Shown: positions 45,635-55,343 of the stretch, in pieces | How positions within the stretch are numbered: the stretch's first letter is position 1 | Layout of the letters: each line of letters starts with the position of its first letter | Assembly: GCA_035298825.1 (NCBI GenBank) | Contig: DATGXR010000472.1 | Location: forward strand, 1-62,333 | Length of the DNA: 62,333 nucleotides | Direction of reading: 5' to 3' | From: Bacteroidota bacterium | Lineage (GTDB): Bacteria; Bacteroidota; Ignavibacteria; UBA10030; UBA8401 | Translations under genes and position numbers: made by a program | The notes under the pieces: generated by a model | What the model saw: the letters and a program-made list of their open reading frames with translations, nothing else | Databases searched by the model: none | What the model was told of the DNA's origin: nothing

Positions 45635-46597
45635 ATGGCGCATCATAGCAGTGATCATCATTCGTCGAAGCAGCAGAAGCTCCAGATCGTCATTATACCA
45701 GAGGGAATCGGCGAAAAAGGATTTTCGTTCACGGCGATTCGCTGGCAGTTGATCGCCGGAGCGGTCGGTGTGTGTCTGTTGTTTGCAGTTGCGGGCGTTT
45801 CGGCCATCGTGTTTACCCCACTGGGGCGGCTGATTCCTGTTTCAGACGCCGAATTGGCGCACCGGTACGGATCCGAACTTGTGTCGCTTCAGCAGCGCGT
45901 GGTGAAACTCTCAGAAGAGATGCTCGTGCTGCGCGAGTACAATCGCAAGCTGCGCGTCACGCTCGGTGACAATACCGATACGGACAGTTTGATGGGAGCG
46001 CTCTCCGAGCGTCTTGCCGAAGCGCCCGATCAGCCGACCGATGGCGGCGAGACGGTGCACGACAGCCGCTCAGGACAGACGGAAACAGGCCGGGCATCCA
46101 AACGTTCGACCGCCGCACAAGCGCATGCGGCGGTGACCCAACGTGAATCCGATGCGGCAGGCGAAAGCATGCAGGATGGGCAGACGCAGCCATCGGGATT
46201 GCAGAAAGACTTCCGGGCCGCCTTTCCGATCTCGGCGCCTGTTGAAGGGTACATTACACGGACATTTGAAAACGATAAGATGCACTTCGGCGTCGATTAT
46301 GCCGGCAAGCGCGGAACGCTCATCACCGCCGCCGCGGACGGATATGTCATCTTTTCGAACTGGACGCAGGATGGGGGGAACATCATTATCCTGTCGCACG
46401 GAGGCGGATATTCAACCGTCTACCAGCACAACCAGATGCTCTTGAAGCAACAGGGGGATTTTGTCAAACGCGGCACGGCGATCGCGCTCCTGGGTGATTC
46501 GGGCACGACAAGTTACGGCCCCCATCTCCATTTTGAAATCTGGAAAGACGGGCGGCCGCAGGATCCGGGCGAGTACTTGATCGCAAGTGAGAAATAA
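45635..46597 (+). CDS. M23/LytM-family peptidoglycan metalloendopeptidase, membrane anchored
   Basis: 320 aa. TM anchor, coiled-coil/disordered linker, and LytM domain with HFGVDY (HxxxD) and GPHLHFEI (HxH). Confidence 0.85.
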   Translation: MAHHSSDHHSSKQQKLQIVIIPEGIGEKGFSFTAIRWQLIAGAVGVCLLFAVAGVSAIVFTPLGRLIPVSDAELAHRYGSELVSLQQRVVKLSEEMLVLREYNRKLRVTLGDNTDTDSLMGALSERLAEAPDQPTDGGETVHDSRSGQTETGRASKRSTAAQAHAAVTQRESDAAGESMQDGQTQPSGLQKDFRAAFPISAPVEGYITRTFENDKMHFGVDYAGKRGTLITAAADGYVIFSNWTQDGGNIIILSHGGGYSTVYQHNQMLLKQQGDFVKRGTAIALLGDSGTTSYGPHLHFEIWKDGRPQDPGEYLIASEK

Positions 46598-46609
46598 CGA
46601 AGGACACGC

Positions 46610-47029
46610 ATGTCTGAAAAATTGATTAGCAAAGAATTGAATCTGATCGGTCAGGGTACGATCGTTGAAGGGTCGATTCGTACAAAAGGCAATATCCGCA
46701 TCGACGGCAAGGTGACCGGCGAAGTGCATTCGTCGGAGAATCTCGCAGTGGGCGCGGGAGGGGAAATCGACGGCGGATTATCGGGAAAGAATGTCGTGAT
46801 CGGCGGCCGCGTGAAAGGCAACGTCTCGTCGGTGGAGAAGCTCGTGCTCGAATCGAAATCGGTCGTGCAGGGCGACATCCGGGCCCAGCGTATCGTGGTC
46901 GACGAAGGGGCGATCTTCGACGGGCATGTGGCCATGACCGACAAGAATGGGCTCCGGCACGCGACCGATGCAGAGACGTCCCCCGATCAGGCGGCGCGTC
47001 TCGCACAGCAGAAACAACAGAAAGGATAG
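46610..47029 (+). CDS. Bactofilin (polymer-forming cytoskeletal protein, DUF583)
   Basis: 139 aa. Repeated beta-helix pattern (GTIVEGSIRTKGNIRIDGKVTGEVHSSENLAVGAGGEIDGGLSGKNVVIGGRVKGNV). Starts 12 nt after the M23 gene. Confidence 0.88.
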   Translation: MSEKLISKELNLIGQGTIVEGSIRTKGNIRIDGKVTGEVHSSENLAVGAGGEIDGGLSGKNVVIGGRVKGNVSSVEKLVLESKSVVQGDIRAQRIVVDEGAIFDGHVAMTDKNGLRHATDAETSPDQAARLAQQKQQKG

Positions 47030-47033
47030 CGCC

Positions 47034-47306
47034 GTGACAACACCCGGGCACAGGGACGGGACGGAAGAAGAGCAACAGTCGGCGATGCGCGCCGCAGGTC
47101 CCTATCTCACGCTCGGAATACAGCTGGCGTTGACAATCGTCGTCCTGTTTTTTATCGGACGACTGCTGGATGCGCAGTTCTCCACATCGCCATGGCTGAT
47201 GATCACAGCCTTGTTCGTCGGATGCACCGGCGGACTCATCAAGTTTATACGCACTGTCAATACGCTGTCGAAGCAGGATGATGAACGAGCGGGAAAAAAA
47301 AATTGA
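47034..47306 (+). CDS. AtpZ/AtpI-family small membrane protein (ATP synthase gene 1 type)
   Basis: PYLTLGIQLALTIVVLFFIGRLLDAQFSTSPWLMITALFVGCTGGLIKFIR is the typical AtpZ two-TM pattern. GTG at 47034 with AAAGGA 7 nt upstream; alternative ATG at 47085. Confidence 0.7.
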   Translation: MTTPGHRDGTEEEQQSAMRAAGPYLTLGIQLALTIVVLFFIGRLLDAQFSTSPWLMITALFVGCTGGLIKFIRTVNTLSKQDDERAGKKN

Positions 47307-47703
47307 TCTGTCGTTCTTTCGCAATGTCGCCGTCTCGCTTGCCGTGATCGCGCTCGGCGCAGCCTGGCCGCTGTTGAAATACGGAACGCCCGAGATTCGC
47401 ACAGCCTGTCTGGCGGGAGCGGGCATCAGTTATGCGAATGTGATCGCGGGATTCTTTGCGATCGATTATGCGTTTGATAAATCGTTCACTGTCTTCATGA
47501 AAGCGGTGCTCGGGGGAATGGGCGTGCGCATGCTCGTCTCGGCTGCGGCGCTCGTGGTGATGATCTCGCTTCTGCATCTGCATGTGGCCGCACTCATCAT
47601 CTCGCTCATGTTTTTTTATGTGGTCAATCTGACGATCGAGATCGTGTTTTTACAGAAAAAAATGGAATTGAGAACGGAATCCGTCCATCGCACCTCACCC
47701 TGA
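47278..47703 (+). CDS. ATP synthase protein I-like membrane protein
   Basis: 141 aa, 4 TM, directly upstream of atpB. Overlaps the AtpZ-like gene by 29 nt. Assignment rests on position and topology more than on motifs. Confidence 0.55.
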   Translation: MMNEREKKIDLSFFRNVAVSLAVIALGAAWPLLKYGTPEIRTACLAGAGISYANVIAGFFAIDYAFDKSFTVFMKAVLGGMGVRMLVSAAALVVMISLLHLHVAALIISLMFFYVVNLTIEIVFLQKKMELRTESVHRTSP

Positions 47704-47784
47704 TCTGCTGAATGCGGAAGCCGCGCTGCGGGCGGCGACACGCGTGCGTACGGACACCGACATACAACTGAAGGATCAATCTGA

Positions 47785-48705
47785 ATGATTCTGGCACAAC
47801 ATACCGAAGCGCTGCACGCCGGAGCCGATTCGCTGCACCAGGGCGTTGATACGCTGGCGCGCCATGCGGCCGAAGGCGGAGCGCACGAAGGCAATCTCTT
47901 CACCGAGCTCCTGCATCATACGCAGGATGCGCATGAACTGCACCTGCCGTTGCTCGGCGCGATCGAATTGCCGCATCTCCACATCGGCGGCATCGATGTG
48001 TCGATCACAAAGCATGTCGTCTTCCTCCTGCTGTCGGCCGTGGTGCTCATTCTGGCGCTCGGATATGCGGCCCGACAGAATAAAAAACGGAAAGTGCCGA
48101 CGGGATTCGGGAACCTGATTGAAATTTTTATTGTCTTTATCCGCGACGAGATCGTCGTGCCGAATATGGGCAAAGGCGGTCTGCGCTATCTTCCGTACCT
48201 GCTCACCACGTTCTTCTTCATTTTGACGATGAATCTGTTCGGTCTCATTCCGTACGGCGCCTCGGCAACGGGCAATGTGAACGTCACGGCGGGACTTGCG
48301 GTGATCGCGTTCATCATGATCCAGGTAGCCGCGATCCGCGCGCAGGGAATCGGCCATTACATCGCGCATCTGACCGGAGGCGTGCATTGGGCGCTCTGGC
48401 CGATCATGATCCCGATCGAAGTGCTCGGACTCTTCACGAAACCGTTCGCGCTGTGCATTCGTCTGTTTGCGAATATGACAGGCGGCCACATCGTGATCGT
48501 GGCGCTCATCGGACTGATCTTCGTCTTCAAGACGATCTGGGTGGCGCCGGTGAGCGTCGGATTCGTGCTGGCGATCAACTTTCTTGAATTGTTCGTCGCG
48601 TTCCTGCAGGCGTACATCTTCACGATGCTCACGAGTCTCTTTATGGGCCTGGGCATGACGACCGAACACGCGGAGCATGCGGCAGCGGAGCATCCGGCGC
48701 ATTGA
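47785..48705 (+). CDS. atpB: F-type ATP synthase F0 subunit a
   Basis: 306 aa. Essential Arg region CIRLFANMTGGH. Polytopic. His-rich N-terminal extension. Confidence 0.9.
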   Translation: MILAQHTEALHAGADSLHQGVDTLARHAAEGGAHEGNLFTELLHHTQDAHELHLPLLGAIELPHLHIGGIDVSITKHVVFLLLSAVVLILALGYAARQNKKRKVPTGFGNLIEIFIVFIRDEIVVPNMGKGGLRYLPYLLTTFFFILTMNLFGLIPYGASATGNVNVTAGLAVIAFIMIQVAAIRAQGIGHYIAHLTGGVHWALWPIMIPIEVLGLFTKPFALCIRLFANMTGGHIVIVALIGLIFVFKTIWVAPVSVGFVLAINFLELFVAFLQAYIFTMLTSLFMGLGMTTEHAEHAAAEHPAH

Positions 48706-48781
48706 TTGTTTTTCTTGAATACACAGTCACAGTACTCACACTCTCTCAACTTCAAATCAACATAATCGTAGGAGATACAAA

Positions 48782-49009
48782 ATGGAAGCCCAAGCCTTAG
48801 GTTATTTAGCCGCCGGTATCGGCGCTGCGTTAACGGTTATCGGTGCAGGTCTCGGAATCGGAAAACTGGCCGCCGCCGCAATGGAAGCAAGCGGACGCCA
48901 GCCTGAAGTCGCCGGACAGGTCCGTACCTCGATGCTGATCGCCGCCGCATTGATCGAAGGCGCGACATTCTTCGCATTGGCGATTTGTATCATTCTTGCG
49001 ACAAAGTAA
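48782..49009 (+). CDS. atpE: F-type ATP synthase F0 subunit c
   Basis: 75-aa hairpin. GxGxGxG-like helix 1 (IGAGLGIG), loop GRQPE, carboxylate in helix 2 (AALIEGATFF). Confidence 0.92.
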   Translation: MEAQALGYLAAGIGAALTVIGAGLGIGKLAAAAMEASGRQPEVAGQVRTSMLIAAALIEGATFFALAICIILATK

Positions 49010-49015
49010 GACACT

Positions 49016-49110
49016 CCGCAGGCATGTCGGTGTTTCCATCGGGAGCGCACGCATAGCGCGCACATACGTGCCGTCTATGCGCGCGCGCTTCCTGTACGAC
49101 ATGCGTGCGG
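49016..49110 (+). other. Nested GC-rich stem structure in the atpE-atpF spacer (candidate mRNA processing/stability or attenuation element)
   Basis: Outer stem CCGCAGGCATGTCG (49016-49029) / CGACATGCGTGCGG (49097-49110): 14 bp, 1 mismatch. Inner stem GCGCACGCATAG (49045-49056) / CTATGCGCGCGC (49075-49086): 12 bp, 1 mismatch. No U-tract. Confidence 0.45.
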
Positions 49111-49166
49111 TGCTCATGATCGTGTTGTACATCAAAAATATCGTCACATAATACAAAGGCAACGGT

Positions 49167-49652
49167 ATGTTAGATATCAATCCGGGACTGATCATTTGGA
49201 CGACCGTCACATTCATTCTCCTTGTGTTTGTGCTCGGGAAGGTGGCATGGAAGCCTCTGTTGCAGGCGCTGCAGGATCGCGAACACCTGATCGCCGACGC
49301 GCTCAAAAAAGCCGAGGATGCCCGCAGGGAATCGGAACGCCTGCTTGAAGAAAATACGCACAAGCTGCGCGAGGCGAATGAACAGACGTCGCGTATCCTG
49401 AAGGAAGGACGCGAGCTGGCCGAACAGATGAAAAATGATATCGTCGCCAAGGCGCACGAGCATGCGAAGGCCGAAATGGATCGTGCCAAAGAGGAGATCC
49501 AGCGCGAGAAAGAATCGGCGCTGCTCGAGATGAAGGGCGAGATCACGGAGATGGCCATTGCCGCGGCAGAGAAAATTCTCGACGAAACGCTCGATGCTCC
49601 GAAACAGAAGAAAATGATCGACAAGGTGCTCCAGCAGCTTCCCAACAATTGA
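49167..49652 (+). CDS. atpF: F-type ATP synthase F0 subunit b
   Basis: 161 aa. Single N-terminal TM (LIIWTTVTFILLVFVLG) plus a long charged helix. Position between c and delta. Confidence 0.88.
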   Translation: MLDINPGLIIWTTVTFILLVFVLGKVAWKPLLQALQDREHLIADALKKAEDARRESERLLEENTHKLREANEQTSRILKEGRELAEQMKNDIVAKAHEHAKAEMDRAKEEIQREKESALLEMKGEITEMAIAAAEKILDETLDAPKQKKMIDKVLQQLPNN

Positions 49653-49734
49653 CGCACGCTGAGACGGACGGAGAGGCGCGCGCGGCCTTCAGAGCCGAGA
49701 ACGCACACGGAATCACAATGAAGAGAAGTTCACC

Positions 49735-50286
49735 ATGAGCACGTACCGAATTGCACATCGTTACGCCGGAGCGCTGATGAAGCTGACGGCGGAACTGAAA
49801 AAGCCCGAGGCGGCTGCCGCCGATCTGATGACGGTTAAAAACGCTCTCGAGTCATCGCGCGAACTGCGCCTGATGCTCGAAAGTCCCATCATCAGCGCGG
49901 ATAAAAAGAAGGACGTGCTGTCGGCGATTTTCACGAAGAAGATCGGCGAGGCGGTGCGCGATTACCTGCTCGAGATCATCAGCAAGGGCCGCGCCCAGTA
50001 CCTCCACCAGATCCTCGTGCAGTACTTCGAACTCAGAGACGACTCCATGGGCATCGTGCGCGTCGCGGTGCAGACGCCTGTCGAATTTTCAGCGAAGCAG
50101 AAAAAGGATCTTGAAAAACATCTAGAAGCCTTCACGGGAAAGAAAGTGGCGGTGGCCTTCAGCCTCGATGCATCGATCAAAGGCGGCTTCATCGCGCGCG
50201 TGGGCGACACGGTGCTCGACGGCTCCATCCGCCGGAGACTCGAGCTGTTGAAGTCGGCGCTGTCGGAAGGCGGCCTGAAAAATTAA
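49735..50286 (+). CDS. atpH: F-type ATP synthase F1 subunit delta (OSCP)
   Basis: 183 aa. IAHRYAGALMKL N-terminus, C-terminal GGFIARVGDTVLDGSIRRRLE, typical OSCP. Confidence 0.85.
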   Translation: MSTYRIAHRYAGALMKLTAELKKPEAAAADLMTVKNALESSRELRLMLESPIISADKKKDVLSAIFTKKIGEAVRDYLLEIISKGRAQYLHQILVQYFELRDDSMGIVRVAVQTPVEFSAKQKKDLEKHLEAFTGKKVAVAFSLDASIKGGFIARVGDTVLDGSIRRRLELLKSALSEGGLKN

Positions 50287-50355
50287 GTTGAAGAAAAAAA
50301 ACTGCATTCATATTCTTGACCTTATCCTCGAATAGATCGCAAAAAGGAATCTACA

Positions 50356-51909
50356 ATGGCAGACGTAAGACCAGACGAAATCACCGCAATCCTTCGCAAG
50401 CAACTGGCAGGATTTGAAAAAGAGATCGACGTGTACGACGTCGGCACGGTTCTTCAGGTAGGCGACGGCATTGCGCGCGTCTATGGCTTGTCGAAAGTGA
50501 TGGCAAGCGAATTGGTGGAGTTCCCCAACGACGTGTTCGGCATGGTGTTGAACCTCGAAGAAGACAACGTCGGCTGCATGCTCTTCGGCGACGATACGAA
50601 GATCAAGGAAGGCGACACGGTGCGTCGCACAAAGCGCGTCGTCTCGATGCCCGTGGGCGAAGCGATGCTCGGCCGCGTCATCAATCCGCTCGGCCAGCCG
50701 CTCGACGGACGCGGTGCGATCAAGACCGAGAAATTTCTTCCGCTTGAGCGCAAGGCCCTCGGCGTGATCCAGCGCCAGCCCGTGAAGCAGCCGCTGCAGA
50801 CCGGCATCAAGGCCGTCGACGGCATGATCCCGATCGGACGCGGACAGCGCGAGCTCATCATCGGCGACCGCCAGACGGGCAAGACTGCTATCGCGATCGA
50901 TGCGATCATCAATCAGAAATATACGCACACCGAGAAAGCGAAGAAGGAAGGCGTGCGCCCGGTCTACTGCATTTATGTGGCCTGCGGACAGAAGGCATCG
51001 ACAGTGGCTCAGGTCGTGACGAAGCTCGAGGAAGAAGGAGCGATGGAATACACGACCGTGATCGCAGCGAACGCGTCCGATCCGGCGCCGATGCAGTTCA
51101 TCGCGCCGTATGCAGGAGCCACGCTGGGAGAATTCTTCCGCGACTCGGGCCGCGACGCGCTCGTGGTCTACGACGATCTTTCGAAACAGGCCGCGGCATA
51201 TCGCCAGGTCTCGCTCTTGCTGCGCCGTCCGCCCGGACGCGAAGCGTATCCCGGCGACGTGTTCTATCTCCACTCACGATTGCTCGAACGCGCATCGAAA
51301 CTTTCAGAGGCCGAAGGCGGCGGATCGCTCACGGCGCTTCCCATCATCGAAACGCAGGCATCCGACGTTTCGGCATACATTCCGACGAACGTCATCTCGA
51401 TTACAGACGGACAGATCTATCTGCTTCCGAATTTGTTCAACGCGGGCATCCGTCCCGCTATCGACGTCGGCATCTCGGTCTCGCGCGTCGGCGGCAACGC
51501 TCAGGTTAAGGGCATGAAAAAAGTGGCCGGTCGTCTGCGCCTCGATCTGGCGCAATATCGTGAACTCGAGGCGTTTTCGAAATTCGGATCGGATTTGGAC
51601 AAGGCCACGCAGCAGCAGCTCCGCCGCGGCGCCCGACTGATCGAGATCCTGAAGCAGGGCCAGTATGTGCCGATGCCCGTCGAAAAACAGATCATCATCA
51701 TTTATCTCGGCACCACGGGAAAACTCGATGAGCTGGCGCTCAACGAGATTGCGCGGTTCGAACACGAGCTCTTCGAGATGATGGACATCAAGCATAACGA
51801 CCTGCTCGAGGCCCTGGCGCTCAAAGGCGAACTCACGGACGAACTTCGTAACAGGGTCGATGCGATCGCGAAGGAATTCCTCGCGACATTCAAGCCGGCA
51901 ACGGCATAA
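50356..51909 (+). CDS. atpA: F-type ATP synthase F1 subunit alpha
   Basis: 517 aa. Walker [35 protein letters not shown]-type segment [18 protein letters not shown]. Confidence 0.96.
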   Translation: MADVRPDEITAILRKQLAGFEKEIDVYDVGTVLQVGDGIARVYGLSKVMASELVEFPNDVFGMVLNLEEDNVGCMLFGDDTKIKEGDTVRRTKRVVSMPVGEAMLGRVINPLGQPLDGRGAIKTEKFLPLERKALGVIQRQPVKQPLQTGIKAVDGMIPIGRGQRELIIGDRQTGKTAIAIDAIINQKYTHTEKAKKEGVRPVYCIYVACGQKASTVAQVVTKLEEEGAMEYTTVIAANASDPAPMQFIAPYAGATLGEFFRDSGRDALVVYDDLSKQAAAYRQVSLLLRRPPGREAYPGDVFYLHSRLLERASKLSEAEGGGSLTALPIIETQASDVSAYIPTNVISITDGQIYLLPNLFNAGIRPAIDVGISVSRVGGNAQVKGMKKVAGRLRLDLAQYRELEAFSKFGSDLDKATQQQLRRGARLIEILKQGQYVPMPVEKQIIIIYLGTTGKLDELALNEIARFEHELFEMMDIKHNDLLEALALKGELTDELRNRVDAIAKEFLATFKPATA

Positions 51910-51927
51910 CACACTCTTTGCACACAT

Positions 51928-52821
51928 ATGGCAACACTTCGAGATATACGGCGGCGCATCGCCGGTGTGAAAAGCACGCAGAAAATTACGAAGGCCATGA
52001 AGATGGTCGCCGCGGCGAAGATGCGCCGCGCACAGGAATCGATCATGCAGGCGCGGCCCTATGCGCGCACGATGAGCGAGATGCTCCGCCATCTTTCATC
52101 GACGATCGATACGGCGCGCTTTCCGGAACTCTGCGAACGCGAAGAGGTCAATGCAGTCGCGGTAATCATCGTGACGGCCGACCGCGGCATGTGCGGCGCA
52201 TTCAATTCGAATATCTTCAAGGCGGCCGCGGCGCATATCGAGGCCAATTACAGCGAGTTGAACGCGCGCGGCAAGGTGAAGCTGATTCTCGTGGGGAAAA
52301 AAGGCGTTGAATTTTTCTCGAAACGGGCCTATACGATCTATGCCCGGCACATTGGAGTGTTTCAGGGACTCAATTTCGCCGCCGCACGCTCGATTGCCCT
52401 CGAAGCCGCCCAAGGGTTCGTCAAAGGGGAATTCGACCGCGTGGATATCGTGTATAACGAGTTCAAGAATGCCGCCCAGCAGCGCCTTGTCGTCGAGCAG
52501 TTTTTACCGGTCCCGCCTCCCCCAAAAGAAAAAAATCAAGCATTTTACAAAAAAATTGATTATATTTACGAACCTACGGGTGATCAGATTATCGAGGCGC
52601 TTGTGCCGAAACACCTGAATTTCCAGGTGTGGAGGGTTCTGCTTGAATCGAATGCGGCGGAACAGGGGGCGCGCATGACCGCAATGGAAAATGCGAGCAC
52701 CAATGCACGTGATCTGATTCGTGTGCTTGAACTGAACTACAACAAGGCGCGTCAGGCCGCGATCACGAAAGAATTGCTCGAGATCGTCAGCGGCGCAGAA
52801 GCGCTCCGACAAGCAAGTTAA
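51928..52821 (+). CDS. atpG: F-type ATP synthase F1 subunit gamma
   Basis: 297 aa. MATLRDIRRRIAGVKSTQKITKAMKMVAAAKMRRAQ, C-terminal NKARQAAITKELLEIVSGAEAL. Confidence 0.93.
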   Translation: MATLRDIRRRIAGVKSTQKITKAMKMVAAAKMRRAQESIMQARPYARTMSEMLRHLSSTIDTARFPELCEREEVNAVAVIIVTADRGMCGAFNSNIFKAAAAHIEANYSELNARGKVKLILVGKKGVEFFSKRAYTIYARHIGVFQGLNFAAARSIALEAAQGFVKGEFDRVDIVYNEFKNAAQQRLVVEQFLPVPPPPKEKNQAFYKKIDYIYEPTGDQIIEALVPKHLNFQVWRVLLESNAAEQGARMTAMENASTNARDLIRVLELNYNKARQAAITKELLEIVSGAEALRQAS

Positions 52822-52982
52822 AAATTTATTTTTTTCATCATAGGGATTGTCCGATCAAGGCGCAAACATCCCCGCACGTTATCACCGCCGCTTGTGTTAT
52901 ACAATGAAGACACAAAAAAAACGCCGGCGCGTGACGACAGGGAATTGTGCACCCCGGGCGACCCCATGTTTATGTTGATCGT

Positions 52983-54305
52983 ATGTTTGATGCGTTATCA
53001 CAAAAATTAGACGATGCGCTGAAGCGCCTGCGCGGGCAGGGCCGCATCTCGCCTGAAAATATCGCCGAGAGCCTGCGCGAAGTGCGCCGTGTGCTGCTCG
53101 ATGCGGATGTCAATTTTAAGGTCGTCAAGGATTTCATCGAGAAGATCCAACAGAAGTCCGTCGGTCAGGAAGTCATCTCGAGCCTGTCTCCCGGACAGCT
53201 CATCATAAAGATTATTTATGACGAGCTTGTGCTGTTGATGGGATCTGAGAAAGCCGATATCACGCTGTCGAACACGCCGCCGTCGATCATCCTGATCGCC
53301 GGTTTGCAGGGTTCGGGCAAGACGACGTTTGCCGGCAAGCTTGCGCACCATCTCAAAGCAAAAGGTCGTCAGCCTCTGCTTGTGGCAGCCGACGTCTACC
53401 GTCCCGCGGCTATCGATCAGTTGATGCTGTTGGGCGAGCAGATCGGCGTGCCGGTCTTCACCAACAGGACCGATACGGCGCTGACGATCGCGAAAAGTTC
53501 GATCGACTTCGCGCGCAAGAACGCGCGCGACACCGTCATCATCGATACGGCCGGCCGCCTCGCGATCGACGAAGAGATGATGCGTGAGGTCGAGAACATC
53601 AAGACGGCCGTCTCACCGCACGAAATTTTATTCGTCGTCGACTCGATGACGGGCCAGGACGCGGTCAATACGGCCAAGGCGTTCCACGACCGGTTGGATT
53701 TCGACGGCGTCGTGCTGACGAAGCTCGACGGCGACACCAGAGGCGGCGCCGCGCTCTCGATCCGCTCGGTGGTTGAGAAGCCGATCAAGTTCGTGGGCAC
53801 GGGCGAGAAGCTCGATGCGCTCGAGCCGTTCTATCCCGATCGCATGGCGAGCCGCATCCTCGGCATGGGCGACATCGTGTCGTTCGTCGAGAAGGCGCAG
53901 CAGACGTTCGATCAGCAGAAGGCCGAGAAGCTCGAACAGAAAATCCGCAAGGCGCAGTTTACGCTCGAGGATTTTTACGATCAGCTTCAGGAGATCAAGA
54001 AGATGGGGCCCCTCTCGCAGGTGCTCTCCATGATCCCCGGCGTGAGCCGGCTGGGCAAGATCGACGACGTCGATGAAAAGGAATTGAAGTATGTGGAGGC
54101 AATCATTCTCTCGATGACGAGGGAAGAGCGTGAACATCCGCACATCATCAATGGTCCGCGCAGAAAACGGATCGCAAACGGCAGCGGCACGAGCATTCAG
54201 GAAGTCAACCGTCTGTTGAAGCAGTTTTCCGATATGCAGAAGCTGATGAAGAATTTTTCGAAAGGAAAATCGATCAGCAAAGTGTTGTCGCAGCGATTCG
54301 GATAA
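52983..54305 (+). CDS. ffh: Signal recognition particle protein Ffh
   Basis: 440 aa from the internal ATG (MFDALSQKLDDALKRLRG). GLQGSGKTT, DTAGR, TKLDGD, and a Met-rich M domain. Confidence 0.95.
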   Translation: MFDALSQKLDDALKRLRGQGRISPENIAESLREVRRVLLDADVNFKVVKDFIEKIQQKSVGQEVISSLSPGQLIIKIIYDELVLLMGSEKADITLSNTPPSIILIAGLQGSGKTTFAGKLAHHLKAKGRQPLLVAADVYRPAAIDQLMLLGEQIGVPVFTNRTDTALTIAKSSIDFARKNARDTVIIDTAGRLAIDEEMMREVENIKTAVSPHEILFVVDSMTGQDAVNTAKAFHDRLDFDGVVLTKLDGDTRGGAALSIRSVVEKPIKFVGTGEKLDALEPFYPDRMASRILGMGDIVSFVEKAQQTFDQQKAEKLEQKIRKAQFTLEDFYDQLQEIKKMGPLSQVLSMIPGVSRLGKIDDVDEKELKYVEAIILSMTREEREHPHIINGPRRKRIANGSGTSIQEVNRLLKQFSDMQKLMKNFSKGKSISKVLSQRFG

Positions 54306-54379
54306 GCACAGCAATGCACGTATAAAAAAATAACATCCCTTATACACCACAAGCAACAGAAGAACAAAGGAGCAGTACA

Positions 54380-54793
54380 GTGGCAGTACGATTACGCCTT
54401 CAGCGAATGGGAAAGAAAAAACAACCCATCTATAAAATTGTGGCGGCCGATTCGCGCGCGCGCCGCGACGGATCATTCTTGGAAGCCGTCGGCATCTACA
54501 ATCCCCAAACCAACCCGATGTCTGTCGATCTGAAAGAAGACAAGATCCTTCGCTGGTTGAAGAACGGTGCGTTGCCGACCGACACCGTGCGCAATCTGTT
54601 CAGTCGCAAGGGACTCTGGCTGAAGTGGCATCTCATCCGCAAGAAAAAGGGTGAAGCCGAAATCGCCGCTGAAATGGAAAAATGGCAGGCGCTGCAGGCT
54701 GCAAAGCTCCAGGCTGAGATCGATCGCAAGGCCCGCCGCAAATCGGCAAAGAAGAAGGCAGCGGAAAACGCGCCGGCGGCAGAGCAGGCCTGA
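54380..54793 (+). CDS. rpsP: 30S ribosomal protein S16 with Lys/Ala-rich C-terminal extension
   Basis: GTG start (SD AAAGGAG 8 nt upstream). (M)[30 protein letters not shown]. 137 aa. Confidence 0.93.
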   Translation: MAVRLRLQRMGKKKQPIYKIVAADSRARRDGSFLEAVGIYNPQTNPMSVDLKEDKILRWLKNGALPTDTVRNLFSRKGLWLKWHLIRKKKGEAEIAAEMEKWQALQAAKLQAEIDRKARRKSAKKKAAENAPAAEQA

Positions 54794-55112
54794 TCGTGCA
54801 GTCATCGTCCTTCCCTTTTTGTGCAACGTACGGAGGGCTGTGTGTGTTACTTAAAGATAGAGGCATCACAGCGCCTTCGCACTCTCGGCACAAGAGTGTG
54901 AGGGAAGAACTGCAAGTGAGAAAAAAAGACGAGATGCCTTTTTTGAAGAGGCCGTGTTTGTGAGAGAGAAAAAAACGATATACCCCGATGTGTGCTGGAA
55001 GTGCAATTGTGCGGTTGGGTGAACGATGTCGAACTAAATGTGCTTAGAATACGTTCAAGCTAGTCTGGACGGTACTAAATCACGGTCGAACATCTTCCAT
55101 GAGGAGGCGGAA

Positions 55113-55343
55113 ATGAAGGAATTCATCGAGTTTATCGCAAAACAACTGGTCGACAGTCCCGATAAAGTCACGATCAGCGAGGAGGAGAAGGAAGGCAAGA
55201 TCGTTCTGAAGTTACGTGTAGCAGATCCGGATGTTGGGAAAATTATCGGCCGGAAAGGCCGTTCAGCTCAGGCAATGCGTGTCCTGTTAAGCGCGATCGC
55301 CGCAAAGAACGGCAAACGCGCCATACTTGAAGTAGACGATTGA
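55113..55343 (+). CDS. KH-domain RNA-binding protein (YlqC/UPF0109)
   Basis: 76 aa from the ATG at 55113 (strong SD GAGGAGG). KH GXXG loop in VGKIIGRKGRSAQAMR. Canonical position between rpsP and rimM. Confidence 0.85.
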   Translation: MKEFIEFIAKQLVDSPDKVTISEEEKEGKIVLKLRVADPDVGKIIGRKGRSAQAMRVLLSAIAAKNGKRAILEVDD

